A stretch of DNA of 64,000 nt from Eledone cirrhosa (taxonomy: Eukaryota): NCBI GenBank assembly GCA_964016885.1, contig OZ024757.1:36580001-36644000 (forward strand), in the 5' to 3' direction. The first letter of the stretch is position 1, and the number at the start of each line of letters is the position of its first letter. Shown here piece by piece: positions 25,101 to 38,574 of the stretch. The notes below the pieces were generated by a model. It saw only the letters and a program-made list of their open reading frames with translations. It ran no database searches and was not told the DNA's origin. The translations under genes were made by a program, and so were the position numbers.

Positions 25101-27985
25101 AACATCAAAATCTCATAGATTCGATATTATGTGAGGTAAAGCCGTTACCACGGAAATACAATAGTATATATAGAGTAATGTAAATAAAGCTAAAGGGTTA
25201 AAGTGGACAAAACCTGTGAAAGAGGGAGACCTGGAAAGAATGACTTAAAAAAACCGAACCCCATGAAGGAAATCTACTTTGTGTCAAGTCGCTACACCAC
25301 ACCCTTGCGGGGGTGTTAAGGTTTCAAGGTCGTTAAGTGTGCACGAATCTTCAAGATTGGTGAGGTCTCTCAGGCAGTGACCAGTCCAACCTATGCTAGT
25401 GTAGAACGTGGACATAACCCCCACTGTAGCCCCACCAAAATGTTGCTCTGACACCATCAGAACCACAACAGCCCCCAACACAACAATAACACCTCACCTC
25501 TATCTCTTTAAAAAGGTTTAACAACTAGGGTTACTTACTGTTTGACACCCATTGGGTTGAAAGTATCTTGTCTTGCAGACTTTGCTATCATTCGCTCCCG
25601 AGTAGATTTGGTCACTTGATCTAATTCCGCTTTTTCCTTCGGTGTAAGACCAGCAACAGAAGACGTGCCAGTCTTACCACCAAACTTCTTATTTCGAGCA
25701 CGGTACCTGATGGACAGAAAGCAACACAAGTCACAACTTTGTGTGTGTGTGTGTGTGTGTATATATATGTCTGTGTGTGTGTGTGTGTGCATCTGCATCT
25801 GTGTATGAGTGCGCATGCGTATATGTATGTGTGCACACACATGCAGAAGAGATAGACTATGGAAAACTTGGGAGGATGTATTAGAGAAAGTTATATTACT
25901 AAATCCCTCAAGATTCTTAATTATTTTCAAAACTGTAGGGGACAGTATCTTTCTTTAGAAATATGGTTATATTTATCTAAAAACCTTCCATCATAATTTT
26001 ATCTCAGAACCTTTGTTAAGTTATATTCCAAACAGCAGCTTAATAACAAGTAACTTAGTTATATTACTAAATCCCTCAGGATTTTTAATAACTTATTAAA
26101 TTGTATAGGCAGAGTCTTTAATTAGAAATATGGTAAGGAAAAGGTTAAGTTATATTCCAAATAATATTCAAGCTTAATAATGAATAAGTTTGTTATATTA
26201 CTAAATCCCTCAAGATTTCTTGATTATTTTCAAAACTGTAGGGGACAATAAATCAACGAAGGTTACTTACTTTTCCATTTCATCTTGGGAATGAGCAAAA
26301 GTACAGTTAGCAGCTCGAGGGCAACTGCCTTTCTGAGTGAGGTCACGGCACATGTTAGTTTTATATTTGGTGTTGTGTAGATTGGCTGGCTCATGTTTCT
26401 TATGGCTGTAGTGCTGGATGAAGTCAACAAGACCTTCTACGACAGTCTGTACGGCTTTCATCACAGCTTCCAGATTCTCCCACGTAGGAATCGGAGCATC
26501 TTTAAACAAACAGGAAAAAATGAAAAGTTAATGATTTTATAAAGAAATGTCTATATATACACATCATCATCATCGTTTAATCTCCATTTTCCATGCTAGC
26601 ATGGGTTAGACGGGTTATCACATTAGAGGCAAGTCAGATTAGGTGACAGTGTCTTGCTCATATAGAACTGTTTTTGGCTAGGTTTCTATATGTATATATA
26701 TATAATCACCATTCAACATCCATTTTTCCACGCTAGCATGTAGGTGTGTACCTACTACTGGTTTACTACAGTAGTGGAGGAGAAGAGGTATATACATGTG
26801 TATATATAGTAATGTTTTACTACAGTAGTGGAGGAGAGAAGAGATATATATACACGTGTGTATATATAGTAATGATTTACTACACTAGCAGGAGATATAT
26901 ATACATATGTGTATATATAGTAATGGTTTACTACAGTAGCAGGAGATATATATACATATGTGTATATATAGTAATGGTTTACTACGGTAGCAGGAGATAT
27001 ATACATGTGTGTATAGCAATGGCTTACTACAGTAGTGGAAGAGATATATACATGTATATATAGCAATGGTTTACTACAGTAGTGGAAGAGAGGAGGTATA
27101 TATGCATGTGTGTATATATAGCAATGGTTTACTACAGTAGTGGAAGAGAGGAGGTATATATGCATGTGTGTATATATAGTAATGGCTTACTACAGTAGTG
27201 GAAGAGAGGAGGTATATATGCATGTGTGTATATATAGTAATGGCTTACTACAGTAGTGGAAGAGAGGAGGTATATATGCATGTGTGTATATATAGTAATG
27301 GCTTACTACAGTAGTGGAAGAGAGGAGGTATATATGCATGTGTGTATATATAGTAATGGCTTACTACAGTAGTGGAAGAGAGGAGGTATATATGCATGTG
27401 TGTATATATAGTAATGGCTTACTACAGTAGCGGAAGAGGTATATATATGTGTGTATATATAGCAATGGTTTACCAAATTAGTGGAGAGGAAGGGGTATAG
27501 AAAACAGTTCCTGTTACCTGGAGATGGATCAATATTAGCCAAGAGTTCAAAATGGGGTCGTAACCTAGACAGGTTGCCAGGATCTCCAGTACGCTGCAGG
27601 GCTATCACTAGTTCATTGACACTTTGTCCAAATGACTGTGGAGTTTGAAGCTGGAAGGAGACAAAGGTGACATGAAAAACTCGTAAAAAAATCAGAAGAA
27701 AAACTGACATAAGAAATGGGTTCCTATTTAAAATATAATCTCAAATATATTCAACAACAATATTATGTCATGTGAGTTTGTATATATGTATGTATATATA
27801 TACAGGTAAAATTCCGTTATAAAAAATACCATTGTAACAAATTTTCCAGTATAACAAAATTTGTTTCAATCCCTGACCACACACTCGATGTTAGGTCAAT
27901 CTTGTTATAAAAAATTTTTCATTACAACAAATTTTTCTTATACCCCGTGAATTTTGTTATAATGGAATTTCACTGTATGTATGTA

Positions 27986-28032
<47 letters not shown>

Positions 28033-30222
28033 TGTATACATATTCGGCTTGCATACGGCTTCTACAGGACTAGAATTGTTTCATTCAAAAGAAATCACCT
28101 GGAAAGCTTTGAATGAAACATAAGATGAAGGCAATATCAGTGGATGGACCGGATTTGGAGGGAGAGATGATATTGAGATGAGCGTAGTGTAAATAAATGT
28201 GAGAGAAAGCAGCAGTTACCTAGTGGAGGCAGAGACGAGATTAAGATGTGAGTAGTGTAAATAAATGTGAGAGAAAGCAGCAGTTACCTAGTGGAGGCAG
28301 AGATGAGATTAAGATGTGAGTAGTGTAAATAAATGTGAGAGAAAGCAGCAGTTATCTAGTGGAGGCAGAGACGAGATTAAGATGTGAGTAGTGTAAATAC
28401 ATGTGAAAGAAAGCAGCAGTTACCTAGTGGAGGCAGAGACGAGATTAAGATGTGAGTAGTGTAAATACATGTGAGAGAAAGCAGCAGTTATCTAGTGGAG
28501 GCAGAGATGAGATTAAGATGTGAGTAGTGTAAATAAATGTGAGAGAAAGCAGCAGTTACCTAGTGGAGGCAGAGATGAGATTAAGATGTGAGAGAAAACA
28601 GCAGCTACCCACCTTGTCAATAATAGACTGCATGTGTGACTTGTGAGCAGTGTCTCCATATAAGAGAGATGACCACTGGTCTGGAGAGATCCGTAAGCCA
28701 GCTTCCGTTGCAATTTGAACTATCTGAGCGTCGTGTTCTCGTCGTAATGTTTCATAAGTACGAAACTCTTCTTTTAATTGCATAAGAGAAGATTCCTCGT
28801 CCCGCTTGGTAACCTAAACAAAACAAATAAACAAAATTCAATAAAATTTACAGCCTGTACCGATGTAGGTTTAGCTGGGGAAGTGTGAAGTGTGAAGTAA
28901 GGGAACACTGTGTGTTTTTGAGGTGACAGAAAGTTATGACGCCACCTTCATCTATATAGAGAGTGGGAGTGCCAAGTGAGAGGTATATACATAGGTATGA
29001 GGGAGAAAAGGGAAGACCATTTGTTTTTGAGGTGACAGAAAGTTAAGACATCTCCGACATCTATATCGAGTGAGGGAGAGTGCCAAGTGAGTGGTATGTA
29101 CAAAGATAGATAGAGACTGTGTGTGGCAGAAAGAGAGAGAAGAGGTCGCCCTATTCTAATAATAATAATCAAAGTGTTACCTTGAAACAAGAAGCTCGAT
29201 AGAGTAACTGTACTACATGACCAATAGCTGTCTTAGAAGCCTGTGGGTATTGGGGTTCAAGTCGTTGTACGACAAAAAGGACAAGAACTTTACGGGACAA
29301 AGCTGATCCATCTTCTAAAGCTAGAAGAATTAATTTCAGCACTTCTTCTTGCATAGCTACATAAAAGAAAAATAGAAAGTATTTCATTAAAAAATAAGGC
29401 TTCAAATTAATGTCTTAAATCAAAATAAATTGGCTAAATTGAAATGAATGGTCAAGATTAAAATTAATGGCCAAAATTCAGACAATAGATTTTACATCAA
29501 TGATTTAACCCTTTAGCATTTACATTACTCTATATATATTATTGTATTTTTGTGGTAAAGGATTTATCTTTCATAATTATCTTACATAATATTGAATCTA
29601 TGAGATTTTGATGTTATTTATTTTGAGAACAATACCTTAACATCAGTATGAGCAGTTAGTTATGGCTGGTTTGAGCAGAAAGAGGTGAAAGAATTCTGGC
29701 CAGATATGGCTAGTTTAAATGCTAATGTCTAAAAACGGGTTTGTTAATTCAAAAGTTTATAGTATATTTACTAGTGGACAGATAATTGTTTCAATGCTTT
29801 GTTTATTTCAAATATTTGCTAATCTCTAAAACTCTAACAAAATATATAATTTCAAGTTCTGATAAAAAAACAAAAACAACATATCTCGCAAATTCTTTTT
29901 TACAAACAGATATTAATTACTTCAATGTTTAATTCCAAACAAAAATATTACCTGGTCCTAAAAATTGGCATCCCCTTGCACGGACAGCTGCCCAGAGATT
30001 AGCAGAGAGTTGTTGTGGATTCTGGTGCTGTAGGATAAGCTCGGTAACTGTTCTCTCACTCAAAGAACGTGCAGCACGCATGGCACGAGCACGTCCTTCC
30101 TCTTCAATTAACTGACAGTTAACCAGGGCTACCAGCTTTCTCTGCATTGGCCTGCTAAGGATAGCATTTGTGTTTCCAGCACCTACAAGAAGCAGCAATA
30201 GAAGTCAAACATAAAATCATAC

Positions 30223-30253
<31 letters not shown>

Positions 30254-30408
30254 GGATGTGGTAAAATACCAGGTGGACCATGATGCACCAAAGTACTCAA
30301 TACTTAAGGTAGTAGAATGGGTAATAGGAAAAGAGTCAGGACCCCAACGGTTGAGCTCCAAGCGTTTTGAAACAGCCAGAGCTCAGTCGTCGGGGTCTTG
30401 ACTCTTTT

Positions 30409-30444
<36 letters not shown>

Positions 30445-31094
30445 GGTGTGGGGGGGGGGGGGGGGGGGAATGCATGAAATCCTTGGTACAGTAAGGCATA
30501 TTTGAAAAAAGGAATCATAAAATTAAATTATTATAGAATATTAACTGAAGTGAAGTCATTCTTTTCCTTTTTTTCAAATATATAAGATTTTATTTAAATA
30601 GGAAACCTTTAAAATGGGTGCTTTTATTTCATAGAACCAGAGTTGGTTTTGGCTGGGACTGGCAACTAAAGGGTTAAGCCAACAGTAGGTAATGTACCTG
30701 GTGAGTTTTGGCCAGGGTTGGTAAGAAAAGAGTTAAAGTGTGTCTTACCTGCAGAAAAAGGTTTTAAGTACACAGCTAACTGTTCAATGCATCGATTAGC
30801 AGACTCATAAGATCTGCAATGCTCAGAAAGATCACTTATTGTAATACTCTCTTTCTCAGGAATGGCAGTACCGACCAGCTGCAGTAATGCATAGTTGACA
30901 GGCAGTTCTTCTATGGTGCGGGAAATGATACTTTGATCAAAAGGACACTTCTTAGAATGAAGTTTCGAGAGACAGCTCTTGCACACTGTGTGACCACAGC
31001 CCAAACTGATAGGACGATAGTACTGCTCATTGAACAGATTATAGCAAACTGGACAGGACAGAAAGTCTGTCCACTGTGGCGCTTGGATTGGCAT
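16321..31094 (-). CDS. RC3H1: Roquin (RING-ROQ-CCCH RNA-binding E3 ligase); 17 coding exons, 3441 nt, ~1146 aa
   Basis: [32 protein letters not shown]; ROQ domain ([38 protein letters not shown]); CCCH finger [21 protein letters not shown]; all introns GT-AG with consistent phases. A single invertebrate gene would be co-orthologous to RC3H1/RC3H2. Confidence 0.97.
17752..17890 (-). CDS. RC3H1: Roquin coding exon 16 (missed by the ORF track)
   Basis: [46 protein letters not shown]; phase 0-1. Confidence 0.85.
18326..18455 (-). CDS. RC3H1: Roquin coding exon 15 (coiled coil)
   Basis: [25 protein letters not shown]; phase 2-0. Confidence 0.88.
18924..19338. repeat. 49 bp minisatellite, ~8.5 copies, Roquin intron
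   Basis: gttacctgagaggtgaggttttataaacgacccatgttgatatgtcatt at a 49 bp period. Confidence 0.95.
19357..19601 (-). CDS. RC3H1: Roquin coding exon 14 (alternative in-frame acceptor at 19589 possible)
   Basis: [26 protein letters not shown]; phase 0-2. Confidence 0.85.
20068..20194 (-). CDS. RC3H1: Roquin coding exon 13 (conserved [11 protein letters not shown] motif)
   Basis: [29 protein letters not shown]; phase 2-0. Confidence 0.9.
20695..20780 (-). CDS. RC3H1: Roquin coding exon 12 (not shown in frame by the ORF track)
   Basis: [28 protein letters not shown]; 86 nt, supplies the required phase 0-2 bridge. Confidence 0.82.
21815..21981 (-). CDS. RC3H1: Roquin coding exon 11
   Basis: [19 protein letters not shown]; phase 1-0. 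Confidence 0.85.
22563..22836 (-). CDS. RC3H1: Roquin coding exon 10
   Basis: [21 protein letters not shown]; phase 0-1. Confidence 0.88.
23046..23374 (-). CDS. RC3H1: Roquin coding exon 9 (P/Q-rich)
   Basis: [13 protein letters not shown]; phase 1-0. Confidence 0.85.
24501..24898 (-). CDS. RC3H1: Roquin coding exon 8 (S/T/N-rich)
   Basis: [14 protein letters not shown]; phase 2-1. Confidence 0.88.
25539..25706 (-). CDS. RC3H1: Roquin coding exon 7
   Basis: [15 protein letters not shown]; phase 2-2. Confidence 0.9.
26271..26499 (-). CDS. RC3H1: Roquin coding exon 6 (CCCH zinc finger)
   Basis: [21 protein letters not shown]; phase 1-2. Confidence 0.95.
26750..27470. repeat. ~55-59 bp minisatellite, Roquin intron
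   Basis: ttactacagtagtggaagagaggaggtatatatgcatgtgtgtatatatagtaatggc repeated. Confidence 0.95.
27518..27650 (-). CDS. RC3H1: Roquin coding exon 5
   Basis: [19 protein letters not shown]; phase 0-1. Confidence 0.95.
27800..27976. mobile_element. Tc1/mariner-pogo-type MITE
   Basis: TA-cagg/tgaaattccgttataa terminal inverted repeats, flanked by TA. Confidence 0.6.
28185..28605. repeat. 68 bp minisatellite, ~6 copies, Roquin intron
   Basis: gtgagagaaagcagcagttacctagtggaggcagagacgagattaagatgtgagtagtgtaaataaat repeated. Confidence 0.95.
28613..28813 (-). CDS. RC3H1: Roquin coding exon 4 (ROQ)
   Basis: [24 protein letters not shown]; phase 0-0. Confidence 0.95.
29181..29356 (-). CDS. RC3H1: Roquin coding exon 3 (ROQ)
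   Basis: [16 protein letters not shown]; phase 1-0. Confidence 0.95.
29952..30182 (-). CDS. RC3H1: Roquin coding exon 2 (HEPN-N/ROQ start)
   Basis: [24 protein letters not shown]; phase 1-1. Confidence 0.95.
30749..31094 (-). CDS. RC3H1: Roquin coding exon 1 (RING finger)
   Basis: ATG at 31094; donor G|gtaag; exon acceptor at 31146. Confidence 0.95.
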
Positions 31095-31294
31095 TTTAGA
31101 TAGCTGATCACAGCTCACTTTAGTGAATTTCAAGATGAAACATTTTCTGAAAGAAAATAAAAATAAATAATATAAACAATTCAAATCAAGGAAAATTTAC
31201 AGAAGTTTCTTAAGAAAACAACACGAAAAGGAAGTATCTTGCTCAATGAAGAATACAACACACTAACCACTAAGTCACATGCCAGCACTGTTTT

Positions 31295-31358
<64 letters not shown>

Positions 31359-31623
31359 TAGAAGGGGTATTTAATTTGTTGGAAGTCCGACAAATATAAA
31401 TGTTTATAACTGATTTAGAGCACTCAACAAGTTACTGGAGTAAATATTCAATGATATTAAATAAATGGAAACTATATTTATAAAACCATATTTATTTTAT
31501 TATATATATTTCAAGGGTACCAAGACAACATTGGTACGCTTTGATCAGATAAAATACAAAGTTTGTTTTATAAATAGAGACATACCCATGAAAATCATAC
31601 CTTATCGGTTGGAAACTCACTGC

Positions 31624-31660
<37 letters not shown>

Positions 31661-33299
31661 GTTGTCTCCTGGTATTCACAAGGTTATGTCCCCAGAGCAC
31701 CCGTGAAGAATGAAAAAATGTGAATATTGGACGTGGTCCATAAAAATGCCTATAAACATCAAAATATAATAAAAAAAAAAAGAGGGAGCATCTTATGCGA
31801 AGGGGCTTCCAATAGGCTGGCAAAGGACTATTAGGCCACGAAAGACAGAGAGGAGAATGGAGGTGACAGACTCTGTGCCAAGGAGGGGGTTGGGACGGTA
31901 TTTCTGCTGCACGCCACGGACAAAACTAAAAAGTAAATATAGAGTAATGTAAATGCTAAAGGCTTAAGTTATGTTCTTTATACCAACCTAAGAAAGTTAA
32001 GTTATATCACTAAATAACTCTAAATTCTTGATTTAAAAAAAAAATCATTTGAAAACCATAGGCAGAGTCTTTCATTAGAAATATGGAAATAAAAGGGTTA
32101 ACCCTTTCTTGACCATATTTCTGATGAAATTAATTAATAAAGAATTTTGAGGGACTTACTCAAATTATTACTTATTTCATTACTAAGATAGTAACTTAAC
32201 ACATCATTTTTATATAAAATTATATTGGAAGATTTTAATTTAAACCGACTCTATCTGGCCAGAATTCTCTCAGCTCTTTCTGTTCAAACTGGCTGTAACT
32301 GGCCACTCATAACAATGTTAAGGTGTGTTCTCCAAATAAATAATATCAAAATCTCATAGATTCGATATTATGTGAGATCTTTACCACAAAAATACAATAG
32401 TATATATATAGAGTAATGTAAATGCTAAAGGGTTACATTGCTGATTAGCTTCAAAATTATTTGAAAATCATAGGCAGTGTCTTTCATTAGAAATATGATA
32501 AGGAAAAGATTAAATGGTCAAATAATCATTTTCAAAGAGAATTCTATTACTAAACATCTATATTTAGTATTTCTCAGGAAATAATCCTGAACTGTGTGTC
32601 ATTCAAACTTTGATCAAGGAAGCCATATCAAGCAAAATATGGGCTTGGCTCACAAAAAGCTGCTTTCCTTTTCAGTCTATGAATCTAATGGAAAAACACA
32701 CATGACCAATTACTTTCTAATGTTGTAGCTAACCTTTCAAATCCTTTTATGAATGAAAATAAAATGAACTTTACAGTTTATACCTACTTGTGTTTAGTTG
32801 ACCTCCTCATAGGAAGGTTTTTTTAGGTGTTTTAATGATAGGTATCCCAGTTCTATCATGCTGTTCTAGCTCACAACTATGTAGGTTTTGCTGGCCTCCT
32901 ATAAGGTGTTTGAATTATAGGGGGCTCAGACCTATCAAGTTTTTATAGCTTACACCTATGCAGGTTGTAGCTCAGAGGTTTCTTGGGTGTTTTAATGATA
33001 GGGGTCCCTAGTTCTATTATATTGTTATTACAGCTCTCACTTATGCAGGTTTAACTGGCCTTATGAGGTTTCTTCGGTGTTTTAATGATACAATTACATT
33101 ATTAAATAAACATACAAAATGGGTTCAGCAAACCTTTATATATATATCATCATCCTTTTACGTCTGCTTTGGACAAATTGTCAAGGTACAAGACCAGAAG
33201 GCTTGGAGAAACCTCATCTTGCTCATACATTCCATATTTGGCATGGTGTCTCCAGCTGAATGCTCTTCCTAATGTAAACTACCCCACAAGGTGAACTAT

Positions 33300-34970
33300 G
33301 TGTGTTTTACCATGACAACACCACTACCACTGTACCAAGTGTACTAGGTGTTTTACCATGACAACAACACTACCACTGTACCAAGTGCACTAGGTGTTTT
33401 ACCATGACAACAACACTACCACTGTACCAAGTGTACTAGGTGTTTTACCATGACAACAACACTACCACTGTACCAAGTGCACTAGGTGTTTTACCATGAC
33501 AACACTACACTGTACCAAGTGTACTAGATGTTTTACCATGACAACAACACTACCACTGTACCAAGTGCACTAGGTGTTTTACCATGACAACACCACTACA
33601 CTGTACCAAGTGTACTAGATGTTTTACCATGACAACACCACTACTACTGTACCAAGTGTACTAGGTGTTTTACCATGACAACACTACCATTGTACCAAGT
33701 GTACTAGGTGTTTTACCATGACAACACCACTACCACTGTACCAAGTGTACTAGGTGTTTTACCATGACAACACCACTACACTGTACCAAGTGTACTAGGT
33801 GTTTTACCATGACAACACCACTACCACTGTACCAAGTGTACTAGGTGTTTTACCATGACAACACCACTACCACTGTACCAAGTGTAGTAGGTGTTTTACC
33901 ATGACAACACCACTACCACTGTACCAAGTGTACTAGGTGTTTTACCATGACAACACTACCATTGTACCAAGTGTACTAGGTGTTTTACCATGACAACACT
34001 ACCATTGTACCAAGTGTACTAGGTGTTTTACCATGACAACACTACCATTGTACCAAGTGTACTAGGTGTTTTACCATGACACCACTACCACTGTACCAAG
34101 TGTACTAAGTGTTTTACCATGACACCACTACCACTGTACCAAGTGTACTAGGTGTTTTACCATGACAACAAGACTACCATTGTACCAAGTGTACTAAGTG
34201 TTTTACCATGACACCACTACCATTGTACCAAGTGTACTAAGTGTTTTACCATGACAACACCACTACCACTATACCAAGTGTACTAGATGTTTTACCATGA
34301 CAACAACACTACCACTGTACCAAGTGTACTAAGTGTTTTACCATGACAACACCACTACCACTGTACCAAGTGTACTAGGTGTTTTACCATGACAACAAGA
34401 CTACCACTGTACCAAGTGTACTAGGTGTTTTACCATGACAACACCACTACACTGTACCAAATGTACTAGGTGTTTTACCATAACAAGACTACCACTGTAC
34501 CAAGTGTACTAGGTGTTTTACCATGACAACACCACTACACTGTACCAAGTGTACTAGGTGTTTTACCATGACAACAACACTACCACTGTACCAAGTGCAC
34601 TAGGTGTTTTACCATGACAACACTACCATTGTACCAAGTGTACTAGGTGTTTTACCATGACAACAAGACTACCACTGTACCAAGTGTACTAGGTGTTTTA
34701 CCATGACAACACCACTACACTGTACCAAGTGTACTAGGTGTTTTACCATGACAACAAGACTACCACTGTACCAAGTGTACTAGGTGTTTTACCATGACAA
34801 CACCACTACCACTGTACCAAGTGTACTAGGTGTTTTACCATGACAACACCACTACCACTATACCAAGTGTACTAGATGTTTTACCATGACAACAAGACTA
34901 CCACTGTACCAAGTATACTAGGTGTTTTACCATGACAACACCACTACCACTGTACCAAGTGTACTAGGTA
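33300..34970. repeat. 43-46 bp satellite array (roughly 37 copies)
   Basis: gtgttttaccatgacaacaccactaccactgtaccaagtgtactag head-to-tail, no unique spacers. Confidence 0.97.
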
Positions 34971-35234
34971 GGGATCATCGTAATACTAACACTAATGGGG
35001 TTACACACATACACATATAAGTGTGTTCTAAATGTTTAGAGAGCATTAAACCGTGTTTTTGTATGTTCATTCAGTAAACAGCTTTGTATCACAACGTTCA
35101 CAGCTAGCTACCACTAAAACTCTTTACTTCACATTATATATGTGTGTATATATTTATATTTCCAAGTTTTATGGTCATCAAAGTAGGGGTTAGCCTATAC
35201 ATACACACACGTATATATATATACACTTATCTAT

Positions 35235-35295
<61 letters not shown>

Positions 35296-36287
35296 TATAT
35301 ATAGACATCTATTGATATACACACACATATATATATACACATATATGTATATACATACATATATACATACACACACATCTATATATATACACACACACAC
35401 ACATATATATATACACACACACACACACACATAGTATAACGACGTTACGTAGGCTTCCTCCACCACAAACGTGTGCTCAGAAAAGAATTATTTCTACCTT
35501 AAAACTTAATATTTCTGCTGCTACTATGTTTTTATGTTATGTTGATGTTATTTTTTCTATTTCCTTCTTCAAACAACTAACTACAACTCCATAATTATTC
35601 CCCAACCTACGACCACCACACCAGACTTACTTAGTCACTATTCATCCCACCCATGACCACCACCCCTTAAACAGTTGTTCATATATCGAATATATTTATT
35701 GCTTAATAGCAGAAAATCTTTCAAATCTATCTTTCGGTGAGGAGGGAGGAAGAGAGACAGATATAGTGAAAGAGAGAGAATGAGAGACAGAGATAGAGAG
35801 ATACAGAGATAGTGAGAATGAGTGAGACAGAGATAGCGAAAGAGAGAGAATGAGAGAGACAGTGAGAGAGAGAGAGTGAGAGAAAGAGAATGAGAGAGAC
35901 AGATATAGTGAGAGAAACTGAGATAGCGAAAGAGAGAGAATGAGACAATTAAAAACATTCCTTCATTACAATAACGATTTTGTTTTTCTTTTTTTGCTAT
36001 TTTAATATTGATAACAAACAGCACCAATTAAACTTCGATTTAAGAAGAATTTCTAGACATAATATTGTATTTAAAGACTGGAAAACCGAGAGAAATGACA
36101 ACAAGGTCAGGTAAATACACTCGACTCCTATGAAATGCAGTAAATATACACAAATAGTAAAAGTTTGTATTTTTTTCCCTCTTCGTAGAGTTCACGCTAG
36201 ATAGAGTCTCGTTATATACACACATTTATATATTTATAAATAACAAACAAGGAAATGCGGACAGAATAGACAAAATAAATGACTCAC

Positions 36288-36480
36288 CAAATATATATAC
36301 ATTTTTTTCCTTCTTCTAAAATGTATCAGGTCGTAAAACATAAAGACAATATATTTAAAAAAAAAAATAATGTGCAATAAAAGTTAACAAAGACAGATTT
36401 CAGTTCTCCATTTTGCTTTGAAGAATGTTTCTCGGGTTACTTCCCTTGTTTAGCGTAACTCTTCATTCTCGAGACGGAAG
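36288..36480 (-). promoter_or_regulatory. Putative Roquin proximal promoter and non-coding first exon
   Basis: Donor TTTG|gtgagtc at 36288/36287; YY1-like CAAAATGG at ~36408-36415; locally CpG-enriched; TSS not determinable. Confidence 0.55.
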
Positions 36481-38574
36481 AGAATTTCTTTAATTCAAGA
36501 CAGTTCTCCGTTAATTGAGGAGAGGGAGGGGGCGCGTCGGTGATTGTTGTTACTGCAGTTGTTGTTGTTTAGCCCTAGGTCAGTGTGGACAGAGAGAGAA
36601 GCCCTAGGTCAGTGTGAGACACAGAGAGAGAAGCCCTAGGTCAGTGTGAGACAGAGAGAAAGAAAGAAAACCTACGATCAAAACTATCCCAATAATGACC
36701 ACACGGTTTTACGGGTGTCCACAGATACATCGTTTAGTGAGCCCTACCTCACTTAAAACAACAACAAATAAAACAATAATGTGTGTGGGTATGTATGTGT
36801 ATATATGAACGTACGAGTATGTGCCTGATACGAGGGAAATATTTGGCTGCTATTTCTTTTTGTCTAGGTCGTGCGATGGCGAAAAGATTTCCACCGTTGT
36901 CTTTACGATTGCGATGTATAATGTTTACAGCGTTTAGAATTACTGTCAATATATATATATATATACGGTAGTTCTTAATCATCATATATATATATATATA
37001 TATATATATCAGTCGCACGTGAATTGGGAAGGAAACTTTCCTGTTCCAAATAATTATTCCTGAACTAATGGTATTTTCTTGGAATTTTAGACTAATCTGA
37101 TCACCAACCCTCAACACCATATAGATCTATATATGAAAATATATTTGAATAATAATTGTTTCTACTTTTGGCACAAGGCCAGTAATTACCCAGTACATTA
37201 CTGGTACTTTATTTTATCGACCCCTATTAATAATAATAATAATGATTTCTACTATAGGCACAAGGCCAGCAATTTTTTTTGGGGTGCGCGGGGTCTATTA
37301 AATCGACCCCAGTGTATTACTGGTTCTTTATTTTATTGACCCTAGGAGGGATGAAAAGCAAAGTTAACCTAGGCTGGTTTGGAACATAAAAAGCCAGAGC
37401 TACCACCTCTATCACAACCACCATCACCACCATCACCACCACAACCACAACATTATCACCACCGTAGCCACCATCTCCCCCACCACCACCTCACCAGTCA
37501 CACCACCACCACCACACCACAGTTTTCACCTCTCGTTAACCCTTGTTTAGTAAATAAATCTTCACAATTATTAGTAACAAGTCAAAGTTAACATTTGTTT
37601 ATTTTAACAAATAAATAAATATTTAAATATTGAACTCTGATCGTTTTTTGTTTTCGCCACAAAAAAAAAAAAGAAGTATTTTCCAACCTCCATGTAACTT
37701 TTTCATTACCGGATTTCTCATGAAAGACTGCCAATAATTTTCACATAATCAAAGATTTGGAAGTATTTATTAATATAACTAATTTTCTCATTATTAGCTG
37801 CTGTTTGGAACATAACTTAACAAACGTTCTTACATAGAATTATGATAGAAGAGGGTGTTTCTTTTAAGATAAATATAAACACTTTAACCCTTTCATTACC
37901 AAAATTCTAATGCAAGACAGTTGGCGTCTGGAAGATGACTTAAAGGTTCTTACATAAAATTATGATGGAAGGTTTTTAGATCAATATAAACACTTTAACC
38001 CTTTCTCATTATTAAGCTGCTGTTTGGAACATAACCCAACAAAGGTTCTCACATAAAATTCTGATGGAAGGTTTTTAGATAAATATAAACACTTTCATTA
38101 CCATATTTCTAACGAAAGACACTTCTATCGTGTTTGGAACATAACTTAACAAAGGTTCTTACATAAAATGATGATAGGTTTTTAGATCAATATGAACACA
38201 TTACTTCTTTCTCATTATTAAGCTGCTGTTTGGAACATAACTTAACAAAGGGTCTTACATAAAATTATGATGGAAGGTTTTTAGATAAATATAAACACTT
38301 TAAAAAAAATATCACAGAACCAGGTATATTTTACAGAAGTTTGGTATCGAAAGAGTTAGCACTAGTATCTGGCTGGTCTTTGGAGGGGGGGGGGGTTTAG
38401 CAGCAGGTACTTTGTTGCAAGTACTTGGGTCAGGTTTTGGGACTGAAGAGACCTTCCTTCCATCTGTCCTATCAGTCATAGAGGCCCTGAAAAGAGTTGT
38501 GGGTACAGCCCTTCCTTTCCAGGCTAAATAGTAAAATCAACAAAGCTTTGTCAGATCTATATCAACTCCAACAG

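Noticed and set aside
33300-34970. CRISPR-like regular array
   Set aside because: Head-to-tail units with no unique spacers, eukaryotic context, no cas genes
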